Below the pieces are notes generated by a model. The model ran no database searches. It worked only from the letters and a program-made list of their open reading frames with translations, and was not told where the DNA came from. 64,000 nucleotides of DNA from Spirochaetia bacterium (GTDB lineage Bacteria > Spirochaetota > Spirochaetia > CADAEX01). Each line of letters starts with the position of its first letter. Within the stretch, counting starts at the first letter, position 1. The stretch covers positions 32,001-96,000 of the forward strand of contig CAXXHA010000013.1 in assembly GCA_963662265.2 (NCBI GenBank), read 5' to 3'. The position numbers and the translations under genes are program-made. This document shows, piece by piece, positions 10,440 through 19,686 of the stretch.

Positions 10440-10683
10440 AAGATTTAAGAAACTGATCGGGATTAGATGATCAGGATTCTGCATTTTAAAAAGGCAGCAT
10501 AACAGCTGTTTTACTAAGGTTGTTTCCCGGTTTGTTAAACCGGTAAGCTATAGAGTTGTTCCTAGGGATCAGAAGATTCGTTGAATATGATGGTCTCTGA
10601 TAAATACCGGAATGATTGCGAGTTCCGGTATTTATCACACTTTTTATTGAGGCAGAAAATAATGCCTGCTGAGGAGAATAATA

Positions 10684-11292
10684 ATGTCAGTTAATGGACG
10701 TAATATAGATATACCGTTATCAGGAGCTTTTTTCTGGAAAAGAGTAAAGCTTGAAAAAATTGCAGAAGATTTCATCGATAAAGTGATCGGCATTGCCGAA
10801 TGTGTGGAGAAGGCTGAAAATATCGACACTATGGAATCTTCTTTTAATGAACTGTCTGATTACTATTACGGAGTAATGGAATCACTTGAAAAATACAGCC
10901 TTCCATTCTGGTGGGAAGATTTTTTCAATGTAGAAAACGAATTAAAATCTCTCGTTTCTCAACTTATTTTCTATTCAAATAATATTAATTTTATTGAAAT
11001 GAAAACCCCTTTCGAAGAAATGATTGAGCGGGAGATTTTGATTCTAAAAGATATAAAGAGTTTTTTTAAAGTCATGATGTCAGGTAAGGAGGGTATTGCC
11101 CCCGTGAAGGAAAGTCTTTTCAGTCACGAAAAAGAGTTTTCAGAAATATTGAAAGCTGTTTCGCAGGATTCAGAAAACAGGGATAAGGATGTTCTCTATT
11201 TTCCGGTTGTAAATATTTTTGAAAGAATCAGTAGAATTAACGAAAACATTTCAGAGTCGCTTGGTAAAATAACCATGGGTGCGGCAGTCTGA
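10684..11292 (+). CDS. Hypothetical helical protein, divergent DUF47/PhoU-like
   Basis: RBS GAGGAG; LEKYSLPFWWEDFFNVENEL resembles the DUF47 LxxxFITPFDREDI segment; C-terminal IFERISRINENI resembles the PhoU ERIxD helix. Confidence 0.65.
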   Translation: MSVNGRNIDIPLSGAFFWKRVKLEKIAEDFIDKVIGIAECVEKAENIDTMESSFNELSDYYYGVMESLEKYSLPFWWEDFFNVENELKSLVSQLIFYSNNINFIEMKTPFEEMIEREILILKDIKSFFKVMMSGKEGIAPVKESLFSHEKEFSEILKAVSQDSENRDKDVLYFPVVNIFERISRINENISESLGKITMGAAV

Positions 11293-11310
11293 TGCTACAG
11301 GAGAGATAAA

Positions 11311-12978
11311 ATGAGTATCTGGAATATTTTTGCCCTTATCGGGGGACTTGCAATATTTCTGCATGGGATGATTATGATGAATAAGAATCTCACCTCAATA
11401 GCAGGTGAGAAGATGAAGTCTGTAATGCTTACTCTCACCAAGGGAAAGGTGAGGGGGTATCTTACAGGGCTTGGTATAACAATGGTTAACCAGTCATCAT
11501 CTGCAACAACTGTTCTTGAAGCAGCTCTTGTCGGAGCAGGGCTTCTTACTTTCCAGCAGTCCCTTGCAGTAACTCTTGGTGCAGAGCTTGGATCAACATT
11601 TCTTCCACAGCTTGTTGCTTTCCCCTCTATCACCAAATTTTCAACGATTATTATTGCAATCGGTTTTTTTGCTTCGATATCAACAAAGACAAAGAAAGGA
11701 AAACATACTGCAATGACAATCCTTGGATTTGGTCTTCTGTTTATGGGTATGGACATGATGTCAGGTTCATTGAAACCTTTAAGATCATACCAGCCTTTTC
11801 TTGATCTTATGATGAAAGTTGAAGCGCCAATTCTCGGTATTATTGTTGGTGTACTCTTTACAATGATTATCCAGTCTTCAGGAGCAACAACAGGTCTCAC
11901 AATTGCAATGGCAATGGCTGGCACAATTTCACTTGAACAGGCTGTACCTATAAACCTGGGTGCTGCGGTTGGAACATGTATCACAGCTGTTCTCGGAAGT
12001 CTTGCCCTCAACTGGGAGGCGAAAAGATCTGCTTATATTCATATCCTGTTTCAGCTGATTGGAGTTGTATGGATTTTTATCCTTCTGACAATTCCTTATC
12101 AGGGTGAAAGGCTTTATATCTGGCTTGTTAAATTGTTCTGCCTTAAAGTTCTTGGAACAGACAGCCTTGCAAGGCAGATTGCAATGGCATTTACATTCAT
12201 GCCTGCAATAAACCATGTAATTGTATTTCCGACCCTTAAATGGATTGTAATGTTTTTTGACAGGATATGTCCGCCGCGTGAAGCTGATAAACCTTTCGGG
12301 GCAAAATATGTTCATGATAGCCTGATAGAAGAAAGTGTTGATCTTTCACTTGAAATGGCTAAGAAGGAAATTGTTCGGGTTGCTGAAATTATTACAGAAA
12401 TGTTTGATGGTGTTAAAAAAGCCTTCAACAGCAAGGATGAAAAAGTCGTATATGATATATGCCAGGAGGACTCAAAAGTAGACCTTCTTCACAGAACAAT
12501 TATACCTTTTCTTGCCAAAATATCTCAGCAGGAACTTGAAAAGAAAGAATCTGAAAGAAGCATGAATTACCTTTATATTGAGAATGAACTTGAATCAATA
12601 GGTGATGTTATTGATAAAAACATCATGCCGCTTGCAGGAAAAATGATTGAACATAATCTTACCTTCTCTGAAGAGGGATTCAAGGAACTTGATCATCTTC
12701 ATAAGAAGGTTATGAAAAACCTTAATCTTCTGCTTGAAGCGTTAAGGGATGAGGATCCAGTTATTGCCAAGAAAATAAGGGAAAAATATGCAGACCTTGA
12801 CAGCGAAAACTATAAAGATCTTCATATTGAAAGACTTCATCTCGGCCTCAAGGAGTCTCTTCAGACATCTTCGATCCATCTTGATCTTCTCAACTATCTG
12901 ACTCTTATCAATGGTCATATACTTTATGTTGCAGAAAGGATCATGTGGCTTGATTCATCAGTGAAGAAAGCTGTTTAA
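11311..12978 (+). CDS. Na+/phosphate cotransporter (NptA/YjbB family) with C-terminal PhoU domains
   Basis: QSSSAT and QSSGAT repeats, GAELG/GAAVGT, C-terminal ELESIGD. Confidence 0.93.
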   Translation: MSIWNIFALIGGLAIFLHGMIMMNKNLTSIAGEKMKSVMLTLTKGKVRGYLTGLGITMVNQSSSATTVLEAALVGAGLLTFQQSLAVTLGAELGSTFLPQLVAFPSITKFSTIIIAIGFFASISTKTKKGKHTAMTILGFGLLFMGMDMMSGSLKPLRSYQPFLDLMMKVEAPILGIIVGVLFTMIIQSSGATTGLTIAMAMAGTISLEQAVPINLGAAVGTCITAVLGSLALNWEAKRSAYIHILFQLIGVVWIFILLTIPYQGERLYIWLVKLFCLKVLGTDSLARQIAMAFTFMPAINHVIVFPTLKWIVMFFDRICPPREADKPFGAKYVHDSLIEESVDLSLEMAKKEIVRVAEIITEMFDGVKKAFNSKDEKVVYDICQEDSKVDLLHRTIIPFLAKISQQELEKKESERSMNYLYIENELESIGDVIDKNIMPLAGKMIEHNLTFSEEGFKELDHLHKKVMKNLNLLLEALRDEDPVIAKKIREKYADLDSENYKDLHIERLHLGLKESLQTSSIHLDLLNYLTLINGHILYVAERIMWLDSSVKKAV

Positions 12979-13053
12979 TTAAAGATTCTGAAAAACAAAA
13001 CTTGCGGTGGTGCAGGTGGTTTTACGGAAAACAGGTTAGGGAAATATATAAAT

Positions 13054-13097
13054 AAAAGCTGCAGTGAGGGGATATCTCCAAACTGCAGCTTTTTTTT
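13054..13097. terminator. Bidirectional terminator
   Basis: AAAAGCTGCAGT...ACTGCAGCTTTTTTTT between convergent genes. Confidence 0.8.
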
Positions 13098-13136
13098 GAT
13101 AGTTTCTGAATTTGTATAAAATAGAACTGGCAAACA

Positions 13137-14702
13137 TCAGAAAGGTATTATTTCCATAAAATTATCAGGCTTACCCTCATTTATTCTCCATTCTTTTTGT
13201 GTCACCGATTTTCTGAAATTCCTGTCATGACTTACAACAAGCAGGGCGCATTCAATTTTAATGAGCGCTTCTTCAAATGATACTATAGAGTTTATATCCA
13301 TGTGATTAAGCGGTTCATCAAGAATAATAAGATATGGATTTCTCAATATCCCTTCAGACAGGATCAGCTTTTTCCATTCTCCCGGACTGGGAGAATGAGT
13401 TTCCATAATTTTGGATGCATCTGACCCCAGTCTTGAAAAATTTGAATAAAGCATCCCTTTTTCGCTGTCAGGAAGCAGGCGAATCCTGTTTAAAAGCATC
13501 TCTTTTTCCTTTTTACCAGGCTCCTGCGGAATATAGAGTATTCTGTCTCTTTCAGTCTCAGACTGTTCTAAAATGTGATTAATGAGTGTTGTTTTTCCTG
13601 TTCCGTTATTGCCTGTTATTGATATCTTTTCTCCAGGTTTCTGTACAAGATCGGGGAAAGACAGGTTTCTGCTCCCCAGGCTGATTGTTCCCTGTTTTAT
13701 GCTTACAATACTGTCTCTACGGCATTTGATGTCTGATATTGTGATTCCAGCCTTTGACTCGGAATGAATATTTATTTCAGACAGCTGTTTTTCCTTTTTT
13801 CTTATTCTGCCGTCTATCTGCTTGTACAGCTTGCCTGCATGTCCGTCTTTTCCCGTAAGGCGGGCAAGATCTATTTTTGCCTTGGCATCATGGTCTTTTC
13901 CTGAAATCCCTTTTTTTGATCTCTGCCTGTCTGCGTTGTCAGCCTTGTTTCTTCTCTGTCCAGATTCTGCTTTCAGTTTAATAATTTCAGATTTTATTTT
14001 TTTATAATTATTTCTGCTGCTTTCCCTTTCGAGTTCCAGCTGCCTCAGTACTTCCGTGACAGAGCCTCTCCTGTATTCTGCAGATCCGTTTTCAATTAAA
14101 ATTGTATTGCTGCAGAGTCTGTCGACAGGTACCCTGTCATGGCTGACTATGAGCCCTGTTCCTTCAAAAAAGGAAAGAGCTTCTGTTATTATCATGCGGC
14201 CTTCTTCATCCAGGTGATTGAATGGTTCATCCATTGCAAGTATGTCCGGATTCCGGTAAAGGGCGCATGCTGTCTGGAGCCGTTTTTTCTCACCTTCGCT
14301 CAGAGCAGCTGATAATTCAGCCGGGGATTCTGAAAACCTGTTTGATGAATCATAAAAAATATCAAACCATTCCTTTTTGATTTTAAGAAGGGATGCGAGT
14401 TTTCCTGCATCAGATCCCCTTTCAAAGAATGAATAAAAGAAATCAGAAAGATCCGGCTCATCTATTTGAAATTCCTGGCTGCAGTAAAAGAAACTCCCTG
14501 TTTTCTTTATGCTTCCGGATGTGGGAGCAAGTGTTCCTTCCATCAGTTTCAAAAGAGTTGATTTCCCTGATCCGTTATTCCCGCAGACAGCTGTCCATCC
14601 TCTGCCAACAGAGGCGGAGAAATTGTCTATTATGTAATTATTCAGACCCGGGTAAGTAAATGAAAGATTTGAAATTTTAATTGATGTATTGTTTTCGGGC
14701 AT
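13137..14702 (-). CDS. ABC-F family ATPase (two ABC domains, no TM segments)
   Basis: Walker A GNNGSGKST and GNNGTGKTT; DEPFNHLD and DEPLNHMD; VSHDR twice; charged helical linker. Confidence 0.88.
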   Translation of the reverse strand: MPENNTSIKISNLSFTYPGLNNYIIDNFSASVGRGWTAVCGNNGSGKSTLLKLMEGTLAPTSGSIKKTGSFFYCSQEFQIDEPDLSDFFYSFFERGSDAGKLASLLKIKKEWFDIFYDSSNRFSESPAELSAALSEGEKKRLQTACALYRNPDILAMDEPFNHLDEEGRMIITEALSFFEGTGLIVSHDRVPVDRLCSNTILIENGSAEYRRGSVTEVLRQLELERESSRNNYKKIKSEIIKLKAESGQRRNKADNADRQRSKKGISGKDHDAKAKIDLARLTGKDGHAGKLYKQIDGRIRKKEKQLSEINIHSESKAGITISDIKCRRDSIVSIKQGTISLGSRNLSFPDLVQKPGEKISITGNNGTGKTTLINHILEQSETERDRILYIPQEPGKKEKEMLLNRIRLLPDSEKGMLYSNFSRLGSDASKIMETHSPSPGEWKKLILSEGILRNPYLIILDEPLNHMDINSIVSFEEALIKIECALLVVSHDRNFRKSVTQKEWRINEGKPDNFMEIIPF

Positions 14703-14721
14703 AGTGCATCTCCTTTTGTTG

Positions 14722-14880
14722 AAAAAGCGGCACTTCAGTTACCCTGATGTTCTGTATGTGATAAAGGGTAAAGAAGAAAATATGGAGAAAGAAACTGCCG
14801 CACCTGCTCTCTGTAATTATTTTTGAGAAAGGCTGTCTGTTTCTGACTCTTTTATCTTCTCATTATCCCTGAATACTCCT
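14722..14880 (-). promoter_or_regulatory. Putative attenuator leader with Met-Arg-Arg uORF (14852-14863)
   Basis: Minus strand: AGGAG...ATG AGA AGA TAA; GCGGCAGTTTC pairs with GAAGTGCCGC followed by TTTTT; inner TTACCCT/AGGGTAA stem. Confidence 0.55.
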
Positions 14881-14964
14881 GATATTTTCTTGATGTGATT
14901 CTGATAAAACATATAACGTTCTTAAATAATAATCAACTATTAATATGCAGTGAAATAATAAAAG

Positions 14965-14998
14965 TTGACAGGAGCAATAATATAGTGGACAATGTCCA
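14965..14998 (+). promoter_or_regulatory. sigma70 promoter with overlapping palindromic operator
   Basis: TTGACA-17-GACAAT; palindrome TGGACA-A-TGTCCA (14986-14998) covers the -10, ahead of a MarR gene. Confidence 0.5.
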
Positions 14999-15024
14999 AT
15001 AAAAGGTTTTGAAAGGAGATTTCA

Positions 15025-15945
15025 ATGGTAAATCTTGAAGTTATTGAAAAAATCAGAAGTTTTAACAGGTTTTATACAAAAATACTTGGATTGGTTGATA
15101 ATAAGATTTTAAAAACAGATTATTCACTGCTTGAATCCAGGATATTATTTGAACTCTATTATCAGGAAAAAATGACATCAAGCGATATTGTGAAAGAATT
15201 AAACATAGATCCGTCATATTTAAGCAGGATAATTAAGAAATTTGAAAAGGAAGGATTGCTTGAAAAACAAAGATGCAGTAATGACTCAAGGAAACAGATT
15301 ATAAATCTTACTGATAATGGAAAGGATGTATATTTGCATCTGCAGGATATATCCAATGATCATATAAAGTCTCTGATTGATGATCTTTCAGAAAAAAACA
15401 GAAACAGACTGATTGAAAGTATGAATAGTGTCAGATCAATTCTGAGTGAAGATGAAGATACTGGCTTGATTACAATAAGAAATCACAGAACAGGCGATGT
15501 CGGATATCTTGTTCATCAGCATGCGTTGTTCTATTCCCGTGAATATGGTTTTGATATTTCTTTTGAATCCTATGTTGCACGGCCGATGCTTGATTTCATA
15601 GAAAATTACAATGAAAAAACGGAACATTTATGGGTTGTTGAAAAAAACAACAGAATAATGGGTTCTATTGCAATTGTAAATGTTGATGATGAAACTGCAC
15701 AGTTAAGATGGTTCCTTCTGGAACCGGAAGTCTGCGGGAAGGGACTCGGGAAAAAACTTCTTAAAACAGCTGTAGATTTCTGTAATGAGAAAAAATATAA
15801 AAAAATTATTCTTTTGACTATGAGTGAATTACTTACTGCCAGAGCTTTATATGCACGGTATGGTTTTAAACTAAAAGAAGCAGAAAAACATGAAATATGG
15901 GGACGCCTGCTTGAAGAGGAACTCTGGGAGCTTGAACTTAATTAA
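15025..15945 (+). CDS. Bifunctional MarR regulator / GNAT acetyltransferase
   Basis: IRSFNRFYT, winged HTH (DPSYLSRII...DSR), C-terminal GNAT (LRWFLLEP..GKGLG, ARALY..GF). Confidence 0.9.
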   Translation: MVNLEVIEKIRSFNRFYTKILGLVDNKILKTDYSLLESRILFELYYQEKMTSSDIVKELNIDPSYLSRIIKKFEKEGLLEKQRCSNDSRKQIINLTDNGKDVYLHLQDISNDHIKSLIDDLSEKNRNRLIESMNSVRSILSEDEDTGLITIRNHRTGDVGYLVHQHALFYSREYGFDISFESYVARPMLDFIENYNEKTEHLWVVEKNNRIMGSIAIVNVDDETAQLRWFLLEPEVCGKGLGKKLLKTAVDFCNEKKYKKIILLTMSELLTARALYARYGFKLKEAEKHEIWGRLLEEELWELELN

Positions 15946-15948
15946 ATA

Positions 15949-18564
15949 TTAATCTGTTTTAATAACTATATCCGCAGTTTTAAGTTCTTTTCCGCTTACT
16001 TTCAGTTTTATCTCTCCCGCTTTCTCATCTGACTGAACAAGCACAACCAGCTGACCTGAGAAAAGCCTCATTTCAGGTTTGTGGAAAAGATCAAGCGATG
16101 CGGAATCCCCGTTACATGCAGCCCTGTATTTTCCGGCCCCCGACACCCTGAATGAGATTGAATTGTCTGCAAGGGGGCAGAAATTTCCCTCACTGTCTAC
16201 GGCTGAAACCGTGACAAAGCTTATATCCCTGCCGTCTGATCTGATAACTGATCTGTCAGCTTCGAGTTTAAGCTCTGCAGGTTTTCCTGCTGTTTTTATG
16301 ATTTTTTCAGCTGCAGCTTTTCCCTCCCTGTCATATGCAACTGCTTTCAGTTCTCCCGCCTCATAGACTGTGTCTGTCCATCTCAGCCTGTATCTGTCAA
16401 GTCTTGAATTCCTGTCCTTTTTCCTGATCCCCTGACTCTTCCCGTTTATGAAGAGTTCAGCGCTGTCATAGCTTGTATATACAAACACAGGTGTTTTTTC
16501 CCCCTCTCTGCCTGCCCAGTTCCAGTGGGGAAGTATGTGAAGGGTGGGGGATTTTTTATTCCATACGCTCCTGTAGAGGTAGTATCTGTCTTTTGGTATT
16601 CCTGCCAGATCGCAGATTCCGAAGTATGAACTCCTCGAAGGCCACTCATCATCATATGGAGTCGGCTCCCCGAGATAGTCGAAGCCGGTCCAGACAAACT
16701 GCCCGATAAGCCAGCTCCTGTCATCAGAACAGGCAAAATCCTCATCCGGAATGTTTGACCAGTGGCATGCTTCAAGGTCGTATGATGAGCACTGTAGGTC
16801 CTCATACTTGGCCATTTTTTTCTCAATAGAAGGGAATTTATATATTCCCCTTGAGCTTACAGTCGATGCAGTTTCAGATCCCAGTATTAATCCCTGAGGG
16901 AATTTTTCATAAGCCTCTTCATAGAGATGTACCCTGTAGTTCATTCCCGGAAGCTCTATCTCTGCCCCGAAACCTGAATTCATTACAGCTTCTACCTGGT
17001 CCATTCCCACAGTTACCGGCCGGGTGGGATCTTCCCTGTGGAATAATTCCTGAAGATATTTTACCAGTTTTTTCCCTTCCGTTGTGAGCTGGTCAGGGAT
17101 TTCGTTGCCGCAGCTGTACATTACAACCGATGGGTGGTTTCTTACCCTTCCTGTGAGGTTTACTATATCTTTTTCCGCCCAGCTGTTAAAAAGAAGGTTA
17201 TAGCCGTTTTTCATCTTCGGTGTTTCCCATTCATCAAAGCTTTCAGCCATAAACATGAATCCCATTTCATCACACATCTCAAGCATGCATGGAGTAGGCA
17301 TGTTATGGGATGACCTGATTGAATCACAGCCCATGTCTTTCATAATCTCAAGCTGCCTTCTTACCGCAGATTCATTGACTGCAGCACCCAGTGCCCCAAG
17401 GTCATGATGGAGGCACACCCCTTTGAACTTTCTCACCCCGCCGTTGAGTTCGAATCCTTTTTCAGCTGAAAAGCTGATCTTCCTTATCCCGAACCTTATT
17501 ATCTGTCTGTCTATTTCAATTCCCTCATTAAAGAGTGAAAGTTCAGCAGTATAGAGATCCGGGGTTTCCGGGCTCCAGAGATCAGGAAAGGGGATTTCAA
17601 GGATCTGTTCAATTATGTTTTTTTTCCTGTCATTATCCTGCAGGTTGTTTCCTGTTTCTATGCTGTTCCCTGTTTCATTCATTTTTTTACTGCAGCAGGG
17701 AGTCTCTATATTTTTAATCCGGCAGGGACTATCATCAGCAGTTTCTCTGGTATTGCTTAAGGATTTATAAGTTTCCGATTTTATCCCTTCATTACCTGCT
17801 TCTGTCTGTACAGAGATTCCCGATGTTCTTTTATTGCTGTTTTTATCGAATATGACAGTATTGAGTTCCAGACAGCTTCCGCAGACTTCCGACTGTATTC
17901 TAACAAATGCTTTTTCTTCTGATATTTCAGGGGTTGTTACAAATGTTCCCCATTTCCTGAAGCCGTATGCAGGTTCTTCAATCAAATAGACATTCCTGTA
18001 CAGCCCCGCGCCGGGATACCAACGTGATGCCTGCTCCCTGTTCTCTAGCCTCACTGCGATAATATTTTTCCCCTTCCTGATAAGGGATGTTATATCAAAG
18101 TAAAAATAGGAATACCCGTACGGCCATGTACCTGCTTTTTTCCCGTTTATATAGACTTCAGCATTGCTCATTGCCCCGTCAAACTGAATTATAATTCTTT
18201 TACCTCTGCCCGGTTTTCCGGAAGATCTGAAAATAAACCTGTACCATCCTGATCCGATATGGGGAAGTCCTCCTGTCCTTCCTGTTTTCACAGAAGGGAT
18301 TTCTTCTGTATTCTGAAGTATTGCGACATCCTGTATATCATTTTTCTCATTAAATGGACCTGTAATTGCCCAGTCATGTGGCACATTTATATCTTCCCAT
18401 CCGGAATCATTGTAAAACAGAGATTCAGCATTCCCTGCAATCGGATCTCCTTTCCTGAATTTCCATCCTTTTTCAAGTTTGAAGATCTGTCTGTGATGGT
18501 TTGATTCCGGGCAGATTTCAAGGTGTTTTTCTGAGATTGCGGTATTGGAAATATTCTTTTTCAT
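15949..18564 (-). CDS. Glycoside hydrolase family 2 (beta-galactosidase-like)
   Basis: VPHDWAI, RWYPGAGLYR, GVCLHHDLG, RNHPSVVMYSCGNE, GSET, WTGFDYLGEPTP. Confidence 0.93.
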   Translation of the reverse strand: MKKNISNTAISEKHLEICPESNHHRQIFKLEKGWKFRKGDPIAGNAESLFYNDSGWEDINVPHDWAITGPFNEKNDIQDVAILQNTEEIPSVKTGRTGGLPHIGSGWYRFIFRSSGKPGRGKRIIIQFDGAMSNAEVYINGKKAGTWPYGYSYFYFDITSLIRKGKNIIAVRLENREQASRWYPGAGLYRNVYLIEEPAYGFRKWGTFVTTPEISEEKAFVRIQSEVCGSCLELNTVIFDKNSNKRTSGISVQTEAGNEGIKSETYKSLSNTRETADDSPCRIKNIETPCCSKKMNETGNSIETGNNLQDNDRKKNIIEQILEIPFPDLWSPETPDLYTAELSLFNEGIEIDRQIIRFGIRKISFSAEKGFELNGGVRKFKGVCLHHDLGALGAAVNESAVRRQLEIMKDMGCDSIRSSHNMPTPCMLEMCDEMGFMFMAESFDEWETPKMKNGYNLLFNSWAEKDIVNLTGRVRNHPSVVMYSCGNEIPDQLTTEGKKLVKYLQELFHREDPTRPVTVGMDQVEAVMNSGFGAEIELPGMNYRVHLYEEAYEKFPQGLILGSETASTVSSRGIYKFPSIEKKMAKYEDLQCSSYDLEACHWSNIPDEDFACSDDRSWLIGQFVWTGFDYLGEPTPYDDEWPSRSSYFGICDLAGIPKDRYYLYRSVWNKKSPTLHILPHWNWAGREGEKTPVFVYTSYDSAELFINGKSQGIRKKDRNSRLDRYRLRWTDTVYEAGELKAVAYDREGKAAAEKIIKTAGKPAELKLEADRSVIRSDGRDISFVTVSAVDSEGNFCPLADNSISFRVSGAGKYRAACNGDSASLDLFHKPEMRLFSGQLVVLVQSDEKAGEIKLKVSGKELKTADIVIKTD

Positions 18565-18718
18565 TTGATATCCGGTTGTTTTTGTTTAAGAAAGATCAGG
18601 CTGACCTTTGTTAATTATAAGCGTTCAGGATGGTAAAGGAAAATTAATTATCTGATAAATATTTTGTAAAATTCTACAGGATAATACTGTTATCTGATTA
18701 TGCAGTATCAGATCTAAA

Positions 18719-19618
18719 TCATAATAAAACAGAAATTACAAAAACTGCTGAATAAATAAAAACAAACTCAAGAAACAGATCAGAAATAATATTCATTGAG
18801 AACCCCTTTGTTTCTGCGTTCAGTCCTTTTTTAAAGAGTTTTGTCAGTTTTTTTATTGCCAGAAAAAGATAAACAGGTATGCCGAAAAGCTGGTAAGCTG
18901 TGATATAACCCATGATGACCGCATATATGACTGAAGCTGCAGCAGCAAGTGATTCGAAGATGATAATGTACCTGGAAAATGTTTCACCGGAAATTATTGA
19001 AAGTGTTTTTCTTCCCGCTTCCCTGTCTCCTGTCATGTCGCATGTATTGTTTACTGTAAGAATCTGTGCAACTGTGAAAAACAGGGGAAGTGATGCAGTA
19101 AATGAAGAAGCTGTGAATGTGCCTGTCTGTACAAAGCAGACAAGCATAAAAAGAACTGTTCCCAGAAATCCCCCTGCTGCGATTTCTCCGAAAGGGGTGA
19201 ATGATATGGGTCTCGGCCCTGCTGTATAGAAGAAGCCGACTGCCATGGAAAAAGCTCCTAGCGGGATAAGCACAAGCCCCTTCCAGAACGCAAGAACAGT
19301 TCCCGTTACAGCTGCAAGAAAAAAAAGTGAAAGAGCTGTAATAAGAGCATTTCCCGGGTCGACATTTTCATGGATAAGTACTTTATCTTTTTCCATGTTG
19401 TGTTTTTTATTGTCAACACCTTTAAGATAATCGAAATATGTATTGAATGCAGTTGTTCCCATATCAATGCAGAGAACAGCAGCCAGCATAAGAAGGGCGG
19501 CTCCTGTATTGAATGTTATTCCGATTGAATACATATAAGCTGTTGCAGCTGCATAGGTTCCTATACTTACTATTTTTGTCCTGATTTCTATTATTGAATA
19601 AAACTGTTTCAGATTCAT
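18719..19618 (-). CDS. menA: UbiA-family prenyltransferase, MenA/DmkA-like
   Basis: EIRTK start, NTYFDY..GVD and NNTCD..GD...GRKTL aspartate-rich motifs, YT.GP..IS.TPFGE, multiple TM helices. Confidence 0.85.
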   Translation of the reverse strand: MNLKQFYSIIEIRTKIVSIGTYAAATAYMYSIGITFNTGAALLMLAAVLCIDMGTTAFNTYFDYLKGVDNKKHNMEKDKVLIHENVDPGNALITALSLFFLAAVTGTVLAFWKGLVLIPLGAFSMAVGFFYTAGPRPISFTPFGEIAAGGFLGTVLFMLVCFVQTGTFTASSFTASLPLFFTVAQILTVNNTCDMTGDREAGRKTLSIISGETFSRYIIIFESLAAAASVIYAVIMGYITAYQLFGIPVYLFLAIKKLTKLFKKGLNAETKGFSMNIISDLFLEFVFIYSAVFVISVLL

Positions 19619-19654
19619 ATGATTATTTTGATTTTCTGTTTACTGAAGACTGAT

Positions 19655-19682
19655 AAAAAAACCGGGATATTTCCCGGTTTTT
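19655..19682 (-). terminator. Terminator between the exported-protein gene and menA
   Basis: AAAAAAACCGGGA-tatt-TCCCGGTTTTT. Confidence 0.7.
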
Positions 19683-19686
19683 ATTG

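Noticed and set aside
11295-12011. 238-aa minus-strand ORF
   Set aside because: Antisense shadow of the Na/Pi cotransporter
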